A stretch of DNA of 64,000 nt from Gemmatimonadales bacterium (GTDB lineage Bacteria; Gemmatimonadota; Gemmatimonadetes; Gemmatimonadales; GWC2-71-9). Positions 38,957-48,100 of this stretch are shown piece by piece. Position 1 is the first letter of the stretch. Each line of letters starts with the position of its first letter. A program made the translations under genes and the position numbers. The stretch lies in assembly GCA_041577295.1 (NCBI GenBank), contig JBFGJG010000001.1, positions 224,001 through 288,000 of the forward strand. Reading direction: 5' to 3'. Below the pieces are notes generated by a model. The model was given only the letters and a program-made list of their open reading frames with translations. It made no database searches and had not been told where the DNA came from.

Positions 38957-41900
38957 CCGTTTGCCTCACTCTCCGCCGAAAGTTGTGCACGCACCTCATC
39001 ATCCGAGAGCTGCTCCACCTCCAAGATCGCCTGCGCGATCTCATCGAGTCCCTCCATCCCACCAAACGACGGTGCCAACGCGTGGACCAAACGTGCGACA
39101 GTTGGATGCTCAAAGAGGAGCCGAACGGGGATCTCGTTCTGGAAGCGGTCACGAAGACTCGATACGAGCCGAGTTGCCAGCAGAGAGTGACCGCCGAGCT
39201 CGAAGAAATTGTCATCGATACCGAGATGCTCGACCTCCAACACCGCTTGCCACAGACGGTGCACCAACCGTTCGGATGGGGTCGTTGGCGGCCTGACGGC
39301 GGCTCCCGTTGCGGTGTGCGGGTCAGGCGCAGGGAGCGCCTGCCGATTCACCTTGCCGTTCGGCGTCAGCGGCAGACTGTCCAAAAAGACGAAGTGCGCT
39401 GGCACCATGTAGTCCGGCAACCGGCCACGCAGGAACTCCCAGAGGGTGGATTGGTCCGTGCCACCATCCGTGACGACATAGGCCACCAGCCGCCGCCTGT
39501 CGTTGCTGTCGTCGAGCACCGCTGCACACCGGCGCACCGACTCGTGTCGCTGCAGCGCTTCCTCAATGTCCGCCAGCTCTACTCGAAAGCCGCGGACCTT
39601 CACCTGATGATCCTTGCGGCCGATCAGCTCGAGGTTGCCATCGTGGCGCATCCGCACGAGGTCACCCGTTCGAAACAGCTTCCCGTACAGTCCATCTCCG
39701 TATGGATTGTCCACGAACCGCTCGTCAGTGAGCTCATCCAGGTTGAGGTATCCCTCAGCCAAACAGGCACCCGCGACACACATCTCGCCCACGGCACCAA
39801 TGGGTGTTGGTCGAAGTGCATCGTCGAGCACGTAGACCCGAGTGTTCGGAAGTGGGTGGCCAACCGGCACGCGGCTGGCGTCCGCCGGTAGGTCGGACGT
39901 GTCATAACACGTCACGTTCGACGAACACTCGGTGGATCCATACAGATTGAGCAGTGGGACATCGGGAAAGACGCGACGCCACCGATTGATCATGCTCACG
40001 GGTATGGGCTCGGCGCTCGTCGTCGCGAGGCGCAGCGTCTGCCACGCGCCCGGGTGTGCCTCGGCTTGATCGAGCAGACCCTCGAAGAACGGCGGCGAGG
40101 CGAGTACGTGGGTCACCCCGTGTTCCACCAGTCGTCCCCAAATGGCGGCTGCGTCGATGATCTCGTCCTGCGAGAGGATGACGGTGGGGATTCCCTTGAG
40201 GAGACCACCGAAGCATTCCCAGGTCGCCGCCACCAAGGCGTACGACTTCTGCAGCAGCGCCACATCCCCATCGTGGAAGGGATGATCTTCCCACATCCAT
40301 CGCAGCCGGTTCAACACCGCGCGCGCAGGGATCAGCGCACCTTTGGGTATGCCGGTACTGGCAGATGTGTAGACGACGTTCAGGGTGTGCTCGGGTGGCG
40401 TGGCGATTCCCAGGTTTTCGGCCTGCATGGAGGCAATCGCGGAGCGCTCGCCGTCCAGCACCACCGTGGTGCCCGCAAAGCGCTCGAACCGATTGTAGAC
40501 CTCATGCACGACCAGCACAGCCGGTTGCGCGTCGTTTAGGATGGCCTCGAGCCTCGGGACTGGATAGGTCGGCTCGAGCGCGACATAGCTGCCCCCCGCT
40601 TTCAGCACTCCGAGAATCGTGACAATGGTATCGAACGACCGTCCCACGCAGAGTCCAACCCGGACACCCTTCTTCACACCGTGTTGCTGCAGGTAACGCG
40701 CGAGTTGATTCGCCTGCCGGTTCAGGTCCGCGTACGTACAGGTGCGTCCTTCGAAGATCAATGCGGTCGCATCCGGTGTACGCGCTGCCTGTTCCTCGAA
40801 CAACTGCGGGAGGGACGTGACGAGATCCACTGAACGATCGGTTTGGTTCAGCTCTACCAGCACACGGTCGCGTTCACCAGGCGATAAGAGCTCGAGCTCC
40901 GAAATCCGCGTGGCCGGATTGCGCACGATGTTGCGCAGAAGGATCTCGTAGTTCGCAACCATTCGTTCAACCGTCTCATGGTCAAAAAGCGCCGTGAGGT
41001 ACGCGATCTGAAAGAACAGCCGGTCGCCCTGTTCCTGTGCGTAGAACGACATGTCGTACTTCGTGTACCCGGTATCCACCTCACTGAAACCAAGCGTGAG
41101 CCCGCCGAACTCGTAGGTGCTATGCGGCAGGTTCAGCATGTTGAACATGACCTGAAACACGGGGGCGACACTCGTGTCACGCGCCGTGCGAGTCCCCTCC
41201 GCCATCCACGCAAAGGGATAGTCGGCGTTCGTCATCGCGCCCGTCACCGTCTGACGGACGTGGTGCAGCAGCTCCGCAAACGTCGGATCATCTGCAAGAT
41301 CGGCACGCAGCGGCAGCATGTTGAGGAAGAAGCCAACGAGACGTTCCGTGCGGGCATCAGTCCGGTTGGCGATCGGCGAGCCCAGGATGATGTCGTGCTG
41401 GCCGGTATACGCTCGAAGCAAGACATAGGACGCTGCCAGCAATGTCATGAAGAGCGTGGCGTTCGCTTCCGTGCTCGTCGTGCGCAGCGCCCGGCTAAGG
41501 TCCGTGTCGAGCATGATGCTTCGCGCAGCACCGCGATAGTTGGGCGTATTACTGCGCGAACGGTCGGTGGGGAGGTTCAGGACCGGCAGCTCACCCGAAA
41601 GTTGGGAACGCCAGAAGCTCTCTTGCGCTTCCATCGCATCGCGCGTCAATCGCTCCCGCTCCCACAGGAGGTAGTCTGCGAACCCAACCTCGAGCGACTT
41701 GACGGACTCCTCACCACCCGCCTGGAAGCCCGCGTAGTACTGGCCGAGATCGTTGACGATGACGGAAATGCCCCAGAGGTCGAGGATGATCTCGTGGAAG
41801 GTGATCAGGAGCTCGTACCGCTCGTCACCAAGCTTGAACAGTCGCGGCTGCAACAGCGCATCTTGCTCGAGATCGAGCGCTTGCTGTCCCCACTCTCGCG

Positions 41901-44900
41901 CCATCGCATGCATCCGGGAAAGGCGCTCCGACGGTGCAAGATCCGTAAGATCGATGAGCGGTAGCTCTTCGGCCCGGCGGTCGTCGAAAGACTGCACCGG
42001 CTCGCCGTCCTCCGTGGCGAAACGAGCGCGCAGCACCTCGTGACGATCGATCACGGCCCGCCACGCGGCTCGCAGGATTTCGACATCGACGGGCCCGTCG
42101 ATGTGAATCGTTCCTTGTGCTGTGTAAAACGGATTCTGTGGCTCGAGGCGCCACAGAAACCACACCCCTTGCTGTGCATGGCTCAGCGGATAGGAAGAGC
42201 GATCCGCGTCCCGCGCGGGGACGAGCGCGGCTCCATCACCGCTGGCCTCCAGTGCGTCGAGACGCGCCGCCAGCTCCGCAACGGTGCCGTGCTCGAAGAG
42301 ATCGCGGAAAGATATGGGAATCCCCGTCGCATCTCGCGTGCGATTGAGCACCTGCATGGCGAGCAACGAGTCACCACCCAACTCGAAGAACCCATCGTGC
42401 ACTCCAACGCGGTCGAGACCCAGGATCTCACGCCATACCTCGACCAAGAGCCGTTCGCGATCCGTCGTCGGGGGAACGAACGGCTGCTTCAGCTCAGGGC
42501 GCAGGAAGTCCGGCTCCGGCAATGCGTGAACATCGAGCTTGCGGTTGGCGTTGAGGGGAAGCGCATCGAGCTGCAGCAACTGGTGCGGGATCATGTGAGG
42601 CGGAAGCTCACCCTCTAGGAAGGTGCGAAGCTCACTGCCCGGCACCGGTCGCCGTGCCGTGTAATACGCGACGAGCACCTGAGGACCCTCCCGGTGAGAT
42701 GGTGCGCGCGCTTCGCGTTCCTTTGCAACGAGCTTGGTCCGCACACCGCGTGGTCGCCGGACCACCGCGGCACAATCGGCAACGCTCTCGTGCCGACGGA
42801 CGGCCGCCTCGACATCACCCAACTCGACACGAATCCCTCGCAGCTTGACTAGATTGTCGCGGCGCCCGAAGAACTCGATCGTGCCGTTGCCACACCAGCG
42901 CGCCATGTCACCGGTTCGAAAGACCGGATCAGGGAAATCGTCGTGGAGCGGATTCTGAATGAACCGCGCAGCCGTTTCCGCGGGCCGCTCGAAGTATCCT
43001 CGGGTCAAGTAAGGGCTTCGTATGTAGATCTCGCCACGCACACCGATGGGACACAGGCGGCCGTGCGGGTCGAGGATGAGGATCTGCCGCCCACGAATCG
43101 CGCTGCCAACCGAAACTGTCGTCTGATCGGCCGCCACGGAGGTGACATGGTAATGTGTCGCGAGCACGCATTCGCTCGGACCGTACAGGTTGTGTAGCTG
43201 TGGCGGGTGCGGGAAAGCCTCGAGCAGCGTTTTCGCGAGATCAACCGGTAGTACCTCACCTGCCAGCAACAAAGCACGAACGTTTGGAAGCGGATGACCC
43301 TCCTCAGGCTCGGACTGCTCGCGCCAGACCTGTACCAGCTCACGGCAAAAACTCGGAACAACCTGGAGTATCGTCACCTGTTCCCGGCGCACCCAATCGA
43401 CAAGACGGCCGGGATCGAACCGCACCGTTTCGTGCGCCATGCAGAGCGTTGCTCCAACGCACAAAGTGCCAAAGATCTCGCAGTACGAGGCGTCGTACGC
43501 GATGGACGCCCACTGCGCCCACCGTTCAGAAGCGACGATGCCAAAGTGTTCGCTCTGCCAGATAAGAAATTGGCAGAAACTGCGGTGGGTCTGGACGATG
43601 CCCTTGGGCTTCCCTGTGGAACCGGACGTGTACACGATGTACGCCGTCGCCGCCGGATCCACCGACACGTCGGGGTTCTCCTGGGAACGCGCCGCGAGAA
43701 ACGCGCGCCCGTACCGTTCATGCGCATTCTCCGACCCATCAATGCCCTCATCCAAATCCAGCTGCACGAGACGGTTGCCCGCTCCGGTCCACCACGAATC
43801 GAGGTCGGGGTGACGCTCCAGGGTATTGGATTCTGCAATCAGCAGCGTCGTGCCGGTCTCATCCAGAACTTCGCGCAGTCGTTTGGTGGGATGCACGGGA
43901 TCCAAACAGACGAACGCGCCACCTGCCTTCAATACCGCGAACATCGCCACGACCTGTTGCGGACCGTTTTCCAACAACACTGCGATGGGCTGCTCTGCGA
44001 CCACCGAGAGCTCGAGCAGTGCGTGGGCCACTCGATTGCTCTGCGCATTGAGCTCTTCGTACGTGATCTCGTTGCCATCGAAGGTGATTGCGACGGCGTG
44101 GGGCGTCGCGCGTGTCTGTTTCTCGAACAGGGTGTGCAGCGCCTCGAGCGGGGTGTCGTCCGCGGTATGATCCCACTCATGGATGAGGCGCCGGGTCTCC
44201 TGTTCTGTCAGGACATCCACATCCGAAACGTCGATGAGCGGATTGGACGCCACGGCATGCAGAAGGCTTTCGAAGTGCCCCGCGATCCGGGCTGCTGCCG
44301 CGGGATCGAATGCGTCCGCTGCGTAGACGAGCACTCCATGCACCGTGCCGTCGAAGCCCTCGTCTATCCGCAACTCGAGATCACACACCGCTTCCGATCT
44401 CGTGATATGCACGTCGGTCAGAACTGCCTCACCACCATTGCGTCCTCGGGGCAAATGTTCGCCGCGAGCGGTGAAGCCCACTTGGTATCGCTCGCGATCG
44501 GCGTTCCAGCTATGTCCACCAGTCGCTTCCGCCGCGGTGCTCAGCGCAGCACGAACCAGCGTGAGGATCTCTCGGAACGACGTGGCGGTTCGTGGATCGA
44601 ACCGGACGGGTGTCCGCGCATCGAGACAGCCAAGGAGAGCTTCCGATCCTGGGTGCCGGCGTTCGCCGTCGGACAGCCAAATAACCACGTCACTCTCTGG
44701 CGAGTACCGGTGGAGAAGCGACGCAAACGCCGCGAACAGCACGGTCGTGACCGTCACCCGTTCCGCATCGGCCACCCGCCGTAGCCCAGTGAGTAACGGG
44801 CTCGGGAAGAGGAGAACGGCTTCACGTGGCTCGGAGCGGGCGTCGTCACGGCGAGCAGTGGTGGGCAGTTCCAGCACCGGCGGTTGCTCGCTGTCCCCCG

Positions 44901-45558
44901 CCACCGCGCTTCCGTTCGCTCCCTCCCAGACCACGATGTCGCGGAGAGACAGTGGCACGCGATCCGCTAAATCGACCGCATCACCCTTTCGCGCGGCGTA
45001 GTCCGCCAGGACTTGGCCGACGAGCACGTGAAGCGAGTACTCGTCGAGAGCCAACGCCGGAGCACTCAAGATGAGAACACGCTCGCGATCGAGCTCGATC
45101 AAATGCGCCCACAGCGACACCCCCTCTTCCGTCGACGTTTGCCGCTCGCTTGCCGTCTGCACCGCCCGAGCGACCACTGCTTCCTGTTCGACGGCGTTCT
45201 GCCGGGAACAATCCGTGATCTCCACGCACGGAACGGCGGATTCACGCACATACTGCTGCGGACCGCGCCCGTCCCGGATAAAGGCGAGGCGAAGTGCTTC
45301 GTTCCTGGCAACCGCCGCGTGCAGGGCCTCACGCAGAGCCTTCTGGTCTAACGCGCCGGCAATGCGCAAGGTGGCAACGACGTTTTGGTGAATCGCCCCA
45401 TTGCTCGACGCCCACAGCTTGGACTGGGCACGCGTCAAGGGGAACGAACCACCCTCCTGGTGGGTCTCGAGGCGACCGACCTCGTGCTCACATCGCGTGC
45501 CGAGCAACCGGTCCAGAGTATCCACGGACGGCCTCGGCGGGCGTCGCGTATCCGTCAC
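38953..45558 (-). CDS. NRPS1: degenerate C - A - T - atypical C - A - T
   Basis: Two A domains (YTSGSTGKPKG, YTSASTGIPKG), PCPs GGDSL and GGHSL; C motifs read APALALDE and HEIILDL. Confidence 0.92.
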   Translation of the reverse strand: MTDTRRPPRPSVDTLDRLLGTRCEHEVGRLETHQEGGSFPLTRAQSKLWASSNGAIHQNVVATLRIAGALDQKALREALHAAVARNEALRLAFIRDGRGPQQYVRESAVPCVEITDCSRQNAVEQEAVVARAVQTASERQTSTEEGVSLWAHLIELDRERVLILSAPALALDEYSLHVLVGQVLADYAARKGDAVDLADRVPLSLRDIVVWEGANGSAVAGDSEQPPVLELPTTARRDDARSEPREAVLLFPSPLLTGLRRVADAERVTVTTVLFAAFASLLHRYSPESDVVIWLSDGERRHPGSEALLGCLDARTPVRFDPRTATSFREILTLVRAALSTAAEATGGHSWNADRERYQVGFTARGEHLPRGRNGGEAVLTDVHITRSEAVCDLELRIDEGFDGTVHGVLVYAADAFDPAAAARIAGHFESLLHAVASNPLIDVSDVDVLTEQETRRLIHEWDHTADDTPLEALHTLFEKQTRATPHAVAITFDGNEITYEELNAQSNRVAHALLELSVVAEQPIAVLLENGPQQVVAMFAVLKAGGAFVCLDPVHPTKRLREVLDETGTTLLIAESNTLERHPDLDSWWTGAGNRLVQLDLDEGIDGSENAHERYGRAFLAARSQENPDVSVDPAATAYIVYTSGSTGKPKGIVQTHRSFCQFLIWQSEHFGIVASERWAQWASIAYDASYCEIFGTLCVGATLCMAHETVRFDPGRLVDWVRREQVTILQVVPSFCRELVQVWREQSEPEEGHPLPNVRALLLAGEVLPVDLAKTLLEAFPHPPQLHNLYGPSECVLATHYHVTSVAADQTTVSVGSAIRGRQILILDPHGRLCPIGVRGEIYIRSPYLTRGYFERPAETAARFIQNPLHDDFPDPVFRTGDMARWCGNGTIEFFGRRDNLVKLRGIRVELGDVEAAVRRHESVADCAAVVRRPRGVRTKLVAKEREARAPSHREGPQVLVAYYTARRPVPGSELRTFLEGELPPHMIPHQLLQLDALPLNANRKLDVHALPEPDFLRPELKQPFVPPTTDRERLLVEVWREILGLDRVGVHDGFFELGGDSLLAMQVLNRTRDATGIPISFRDLFEHGTVAELAARLDALEASGDGAALVPARDADRSSYPLSHAQQGVWFLWRLEPQNPFYTAQGTIHIDGPVDVEILRAAWRAVIDRHEVLRARFATEDGEPVQSFDDRRAEELPLIDLTDLAPSERLSRMHAMAREWGQQALDLEQDALLQPRLFKLGDERYELLITFHEIILDLWGISVIVNDLGQYYAGFQAGGEESVKSLEVGFADYLLWERERLTRDAMEAQESFWRSQLSGELPVLNLPTDRSRSNTPNYRGAARSIMLDTDLSRALRTTSTEANATLFMTLLAASYVLLRAYTGQHDIILGSPIANRTDARTERLVGFFLNMLPLRADLADDPTFAELLHHVRQTVTGAMTNADYPFAWMAEGTRTARDTSVAPVFQVMFNMLNLPHSTYEFGGLTLGFSEVDTGYTKYDMSFYAQEQGDRLFFQIAYLTALFDHETVERMVANYEILLRNIVRNPATRISELELLSPGERDRVLVELNQTDRSVDLVTSLPQLFEEQAARTPDATALIFEGRTCTYADLNRQANQLARYLQQHGVKKGVRVGLCVGRSFDTIVTILGVLKAGGSYVALEPTYPVPRLEAILNDAQPAVLVVHEVYNRFERFAGTTVVLDGERSAIASMQAENLGIATPPEHTLNVVYTSASTGIPKGALIPARAVLNRLRWMWEDHPFHDGDVALLQKSYALVAATWECFGGLLKGIPTVILSQDEIIDAAAIWGRLVEHGVTHVLASPPFFEGLLDQAEAHPGAWQTLRLATTSAEPIPVSMINRWRRVFPDVPLLNLYGSTECSSNVTCYDTSDLPADASRVPVGHPLPNTRVYVLDDALRPTPIGAVGEMCVAGACLAEGYLNLDELTDERFVDNPYGDGLYGKLFRTGDLVRMRHDGNLELIGRKDHQVKVRGFRVELADIEEALQRHESVRRCAAVLDDSNDRRRLVAYVVTDGGTDQSTLWEFLRGRLPDYMVPAHFVFLDSLPLTPNGKVNRQALPAPDPHTATGAAVRPPTTPSERLVHRLWQAVLEVEHLGIDDNFFELGGHSLLATRLVSSLRDRFQNEIPVRLLFEHPTVARLVHALAPSFGGMEGLDEIAQAILEVEQLSDDEVRAQLSAESEANG

Positions 45559-45563
45559 GCGTG

Positions 45564-47132
45564 CTACTCCAGCCCCAGCTGTCCGGCCCAGCTCCGACGG
45601 TGGGCCAGAAAGAACTCGCGTGCGCGCTCGATGTCGTCCGCCAAGACGCGGTCCTTATCGAGGAAGTCCACCTCTTCCCGGAAGGCGTCCACGATCGCGC
45701 GCGCCGGCTCAGAGAGTTGCAACCCCTTGTTGAGCTCGATGGCCTGAGCCGCGGTGAGGAGCTCGATCCCCATGATGTAACCACAATTCTCCACGATCGT
45801 CATGAGCTTGAACGCCGAGGTGCCACCCATGCTGACGTGGTCTTCCTGCAGCTGACAGGTTGGGATCGTGTCCACGCTCGCGGGCGTACACAGCACCTTG
45901 TTTTCGTTTACGAGCGCGGCCGACGTGTATTGCGCGATCATGAAGCCCGAGTTGAGCCCGGGCCGATTCACCAAGAAATCGGGGAGACCACGCTCTCCCG
46001 ATAGCAGCTGGTACGTGCGGCGCTCCGAGATGTTGGCAAGCTCGCTCACAGCCATGGCGAGAAAATCGAGTGCGAAGGCTGTGGACTGACCGTGCAGATT
46101 GCCGCCAAAGAGGATCTTGTCCTGTTCCGGGAAGAACAACGGGTTGTCAGAAGTCCCGTTGCACTCCCGCTCGATCACTTGCTTTGTGAAACCGACGACC
46201 TGTCGAACCGCCCCATGCACTTGTGGCGTGCACCGATAGGAGTAGGGATCTTGCTTGGAGTGATTGCAGGTGGGCAGCTCGTGGTGATTGCTTCCCGCCA
46301 ACAGCCTGGTCAGGTTCGCGGACACCGCTCGCCGCTCCGGATGATGCGACGTCTGATGGTACAGCGGATCGTAAAACGTCTCCGAAGCGCTGAACGCCTG
46401 AGCGCTCAGTGACGCCAAAACGTCGGCACACCTAACGAGATCGAGGATTTGCAACAGACAGTCCACGGCGATCGCGTTGATGTACTGCACACCGTTGGTG
46501 AGGGCCAATCCCTCCTTGGGCTGCAATCGAATGGGGTCCCACTGTTGCTGCCGCAGCGCGTCGGCTCCGGACACCAGCCCGCCGTTGCGGTGCACCTTCC
46601 CCAGTCCGAGCAACGGCAGCGCCATGTGTGCGAGCGGTGCAAGATCACCGCTTGCACCAACGGTGCCCTTCTTTGGGATGGCCGGTATCACACCGTGATT
46701 CCAGAAATCGAGCAGCCGTGACACCGGTCCCAGCGAGATCCCGGTGTGTCCGTTGCGAAAGGTCAGCAGCTTGATGAGCATAGTGAGCCGCGAGATCCGC
46801 TCCGAGACGGTCTCGCCCACACCAACCGCGTGGGACACGATGTGGTTGTACTGCAAGAGCTCCATCTCGTCGTCGCCGACCCGGGTCTCGCACAGGGAGC
46901 CGAACCCAGTATTCACGCCGTAGATGTAGCGATCCTCCGCGGCTTTCTTGAGCACAAACTCCGCTCCAGCCGTGATCTTGTTTGCCGCGTCCGGATGAAG
47001 CGCCAACTGGGGTCGGCGGTCGACGATTTGCCCGAGATCCTCGATCGTGTAGAAATCGAGCGAGATCGCGTGGGTTGAAGCCGTGGAGTCGCTTCCGTCT
47101 CCGCCCGGTCTTACGCCGTGAGCCGTGCCCAT
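45564..47132 (-). CDS. MIO-dependent aromatic amino acid ammonia-lyase/aminomutase, histidine ammonia-lyase-like
   Basis: YGVNTGFG, SH specificity dyad, GASGDL (MIO), QDPYSYRC and QEDHVSM motifs. Confidence 0.9.
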   Translation of the reverse strand: MGTAHGVRPGGDGSDSTASTHAISLDFYTIEDLGQIVDRRPQLALHPDAANKITAGAEFVLKKAAEDRYIYGVNTGFGSLCETRVGDDEMELLQYNHIVSHAVGVGETVSERISRLTMLIKLLTFRNGHTGISLGPVSRLLDFWNHGVIPAIPKKGTVGASGDLAPLAHMALPLLGLGKVHRNGGLVSGADALRQQQWDPIRLQPKEGLALTNGVQYINAIAVDCLLQILDLVRCADVLASLSAQAFSASETFYDPLYHQTSHHPERRAVSANLTRLLAGSNHHELPTCNHSKQDPYSYRCTPQVHGAVRQVVGFTKQVIERECNGTSDNPLFFPEQDKILFGGNLHGQSTAFALDFLAMAVSELANISERRTYQLLSGERGLPDFLVNRPGLNSGFMIAQYTSAALVNENKVLCTPASVDTIPTCQLQEDHVSMGGTSAFKLMTIVENCGYIMGIELLTAAQAIELNKGLQLSEPARAIVDAFREEVDFLDKDRVLADDIERAREFFLAHRRSWAGQLGLE

Positions 47133-48100
47133 TCCTCACCTTCTTGCTTTGCCAAGAGTTCCAGACAGTGTCGCAAGTCCTTGTACTCGGACTCAGGAAT
47201 CTTGCGACCGTGGGAGAACGTGAACGTTTCGGGAATGGCACGAGCGGGCCGCGTCGGCGCGCCGTGCCGAATCATGAACTCCCCGATCCGCGACCCCTCG
47301 CGCCGCGCATTCTCACAGACGTCGCGGTACGAAATGCTGAGGAAGCGATCGTCACCAATCGTGCGTCGGGCCTTCACGATCGCTCGCTCGACATAATGGA
47401 CCTGCTTGCACACCTGGTGATGCAGTGGCTCGGATTCCAATCCCTCGCACTCCCGCGGTTTGGCGCCGAGCCATTCTGGATATTCGGCGCGCCGGGCGCG
47501 AATGATGGACTGCGCCGTGTCGACCCGGTCGCGACGCACGTGGATGAACGACGCGGTTGGGAACGTCTGCGCCAAGGCCTCGATGCGTACGCTGAGCGCG
47601 GTCGTCTTGTTGACGAACGGAAGCTCGAAAACGTTCTCGGTCGCGGCGACGGCTTGATACATCGCGCGTGCACACCTTGGATCGAGCTCTTCGGGCGACA
47701 CCGGCGAGTAACGCGAACCAAACCAGTGCGCCCACAACATCTCACCTTCCGTAGGAGCCGTGCGACCGCGAATATGGCCGTACGTGTTGCGAAACGGATC
47801 CGCGCGGTAATGCCGATCGACTGGGAGACTCCCGTGCAACCAGCGGATGATCTTGGCCGAGATGATGGGGAGTGGATAGCCCACCTGTTTCTGCGACTCG
47901 GCCAAGAGGTTGGTGAAGTGACATGTGGACAGACCCCACGCGACGACTTGCCGAACGAGGGTCGTACCGCTCCGAGCTGGGCCGACGATGAAGGTCGGGC
48001 TGTAGCGCAAGCGGTATTCGCGCGCGGCCGCCCGCTCCGCCACGGCCAGCGCTCGGAAGCACTGGTGCCGCGCATACCGGCGTATCTTCCAGACCCTCAC
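47111..48100 (-). CDS. PAPS-dependent sulfotransferase
   Basis: 5'-PSB loop FIVGPARSGTT and 3'-PB FIHVRRD...AQS; GTG overlaps the TE stop. Confidence 0.85.
   Translation of the reverse strand: MRVWKIRRYARHQCFRALAVAERAAAREYRLRYSPTFIVGPARSGTTLVRQVVAWGLSTCHFTNLLAESQKQVGYPLPIISAKIIRWLHGSLPVDRHYRADPFRNTYGHIRGRTAPTEGEMLWAHWFGSRYSPVSPEELDPRCARAMYQAVAATENVFELPFVNKTTALSVRIEALAQTFPTASFIHVRRDRVDTAQSIIRARRAEYPEWLGAKPRECEGLESEPLHHQVCKQVHYVERAIVKARRTIGDDRFLSISYRDVCENARREGSRIGEFMIRHGAPTRPARAIPETFTFSHGRKIPESEYKDLRHCLELLAKQEGEEWARLTA

Noticed and set aside
45564..47132. Assigning the symbol hutH (catabolic)
   Set aside because: Biosynthetic context and no hut genes; lyase versus mutase activity is unresolved.
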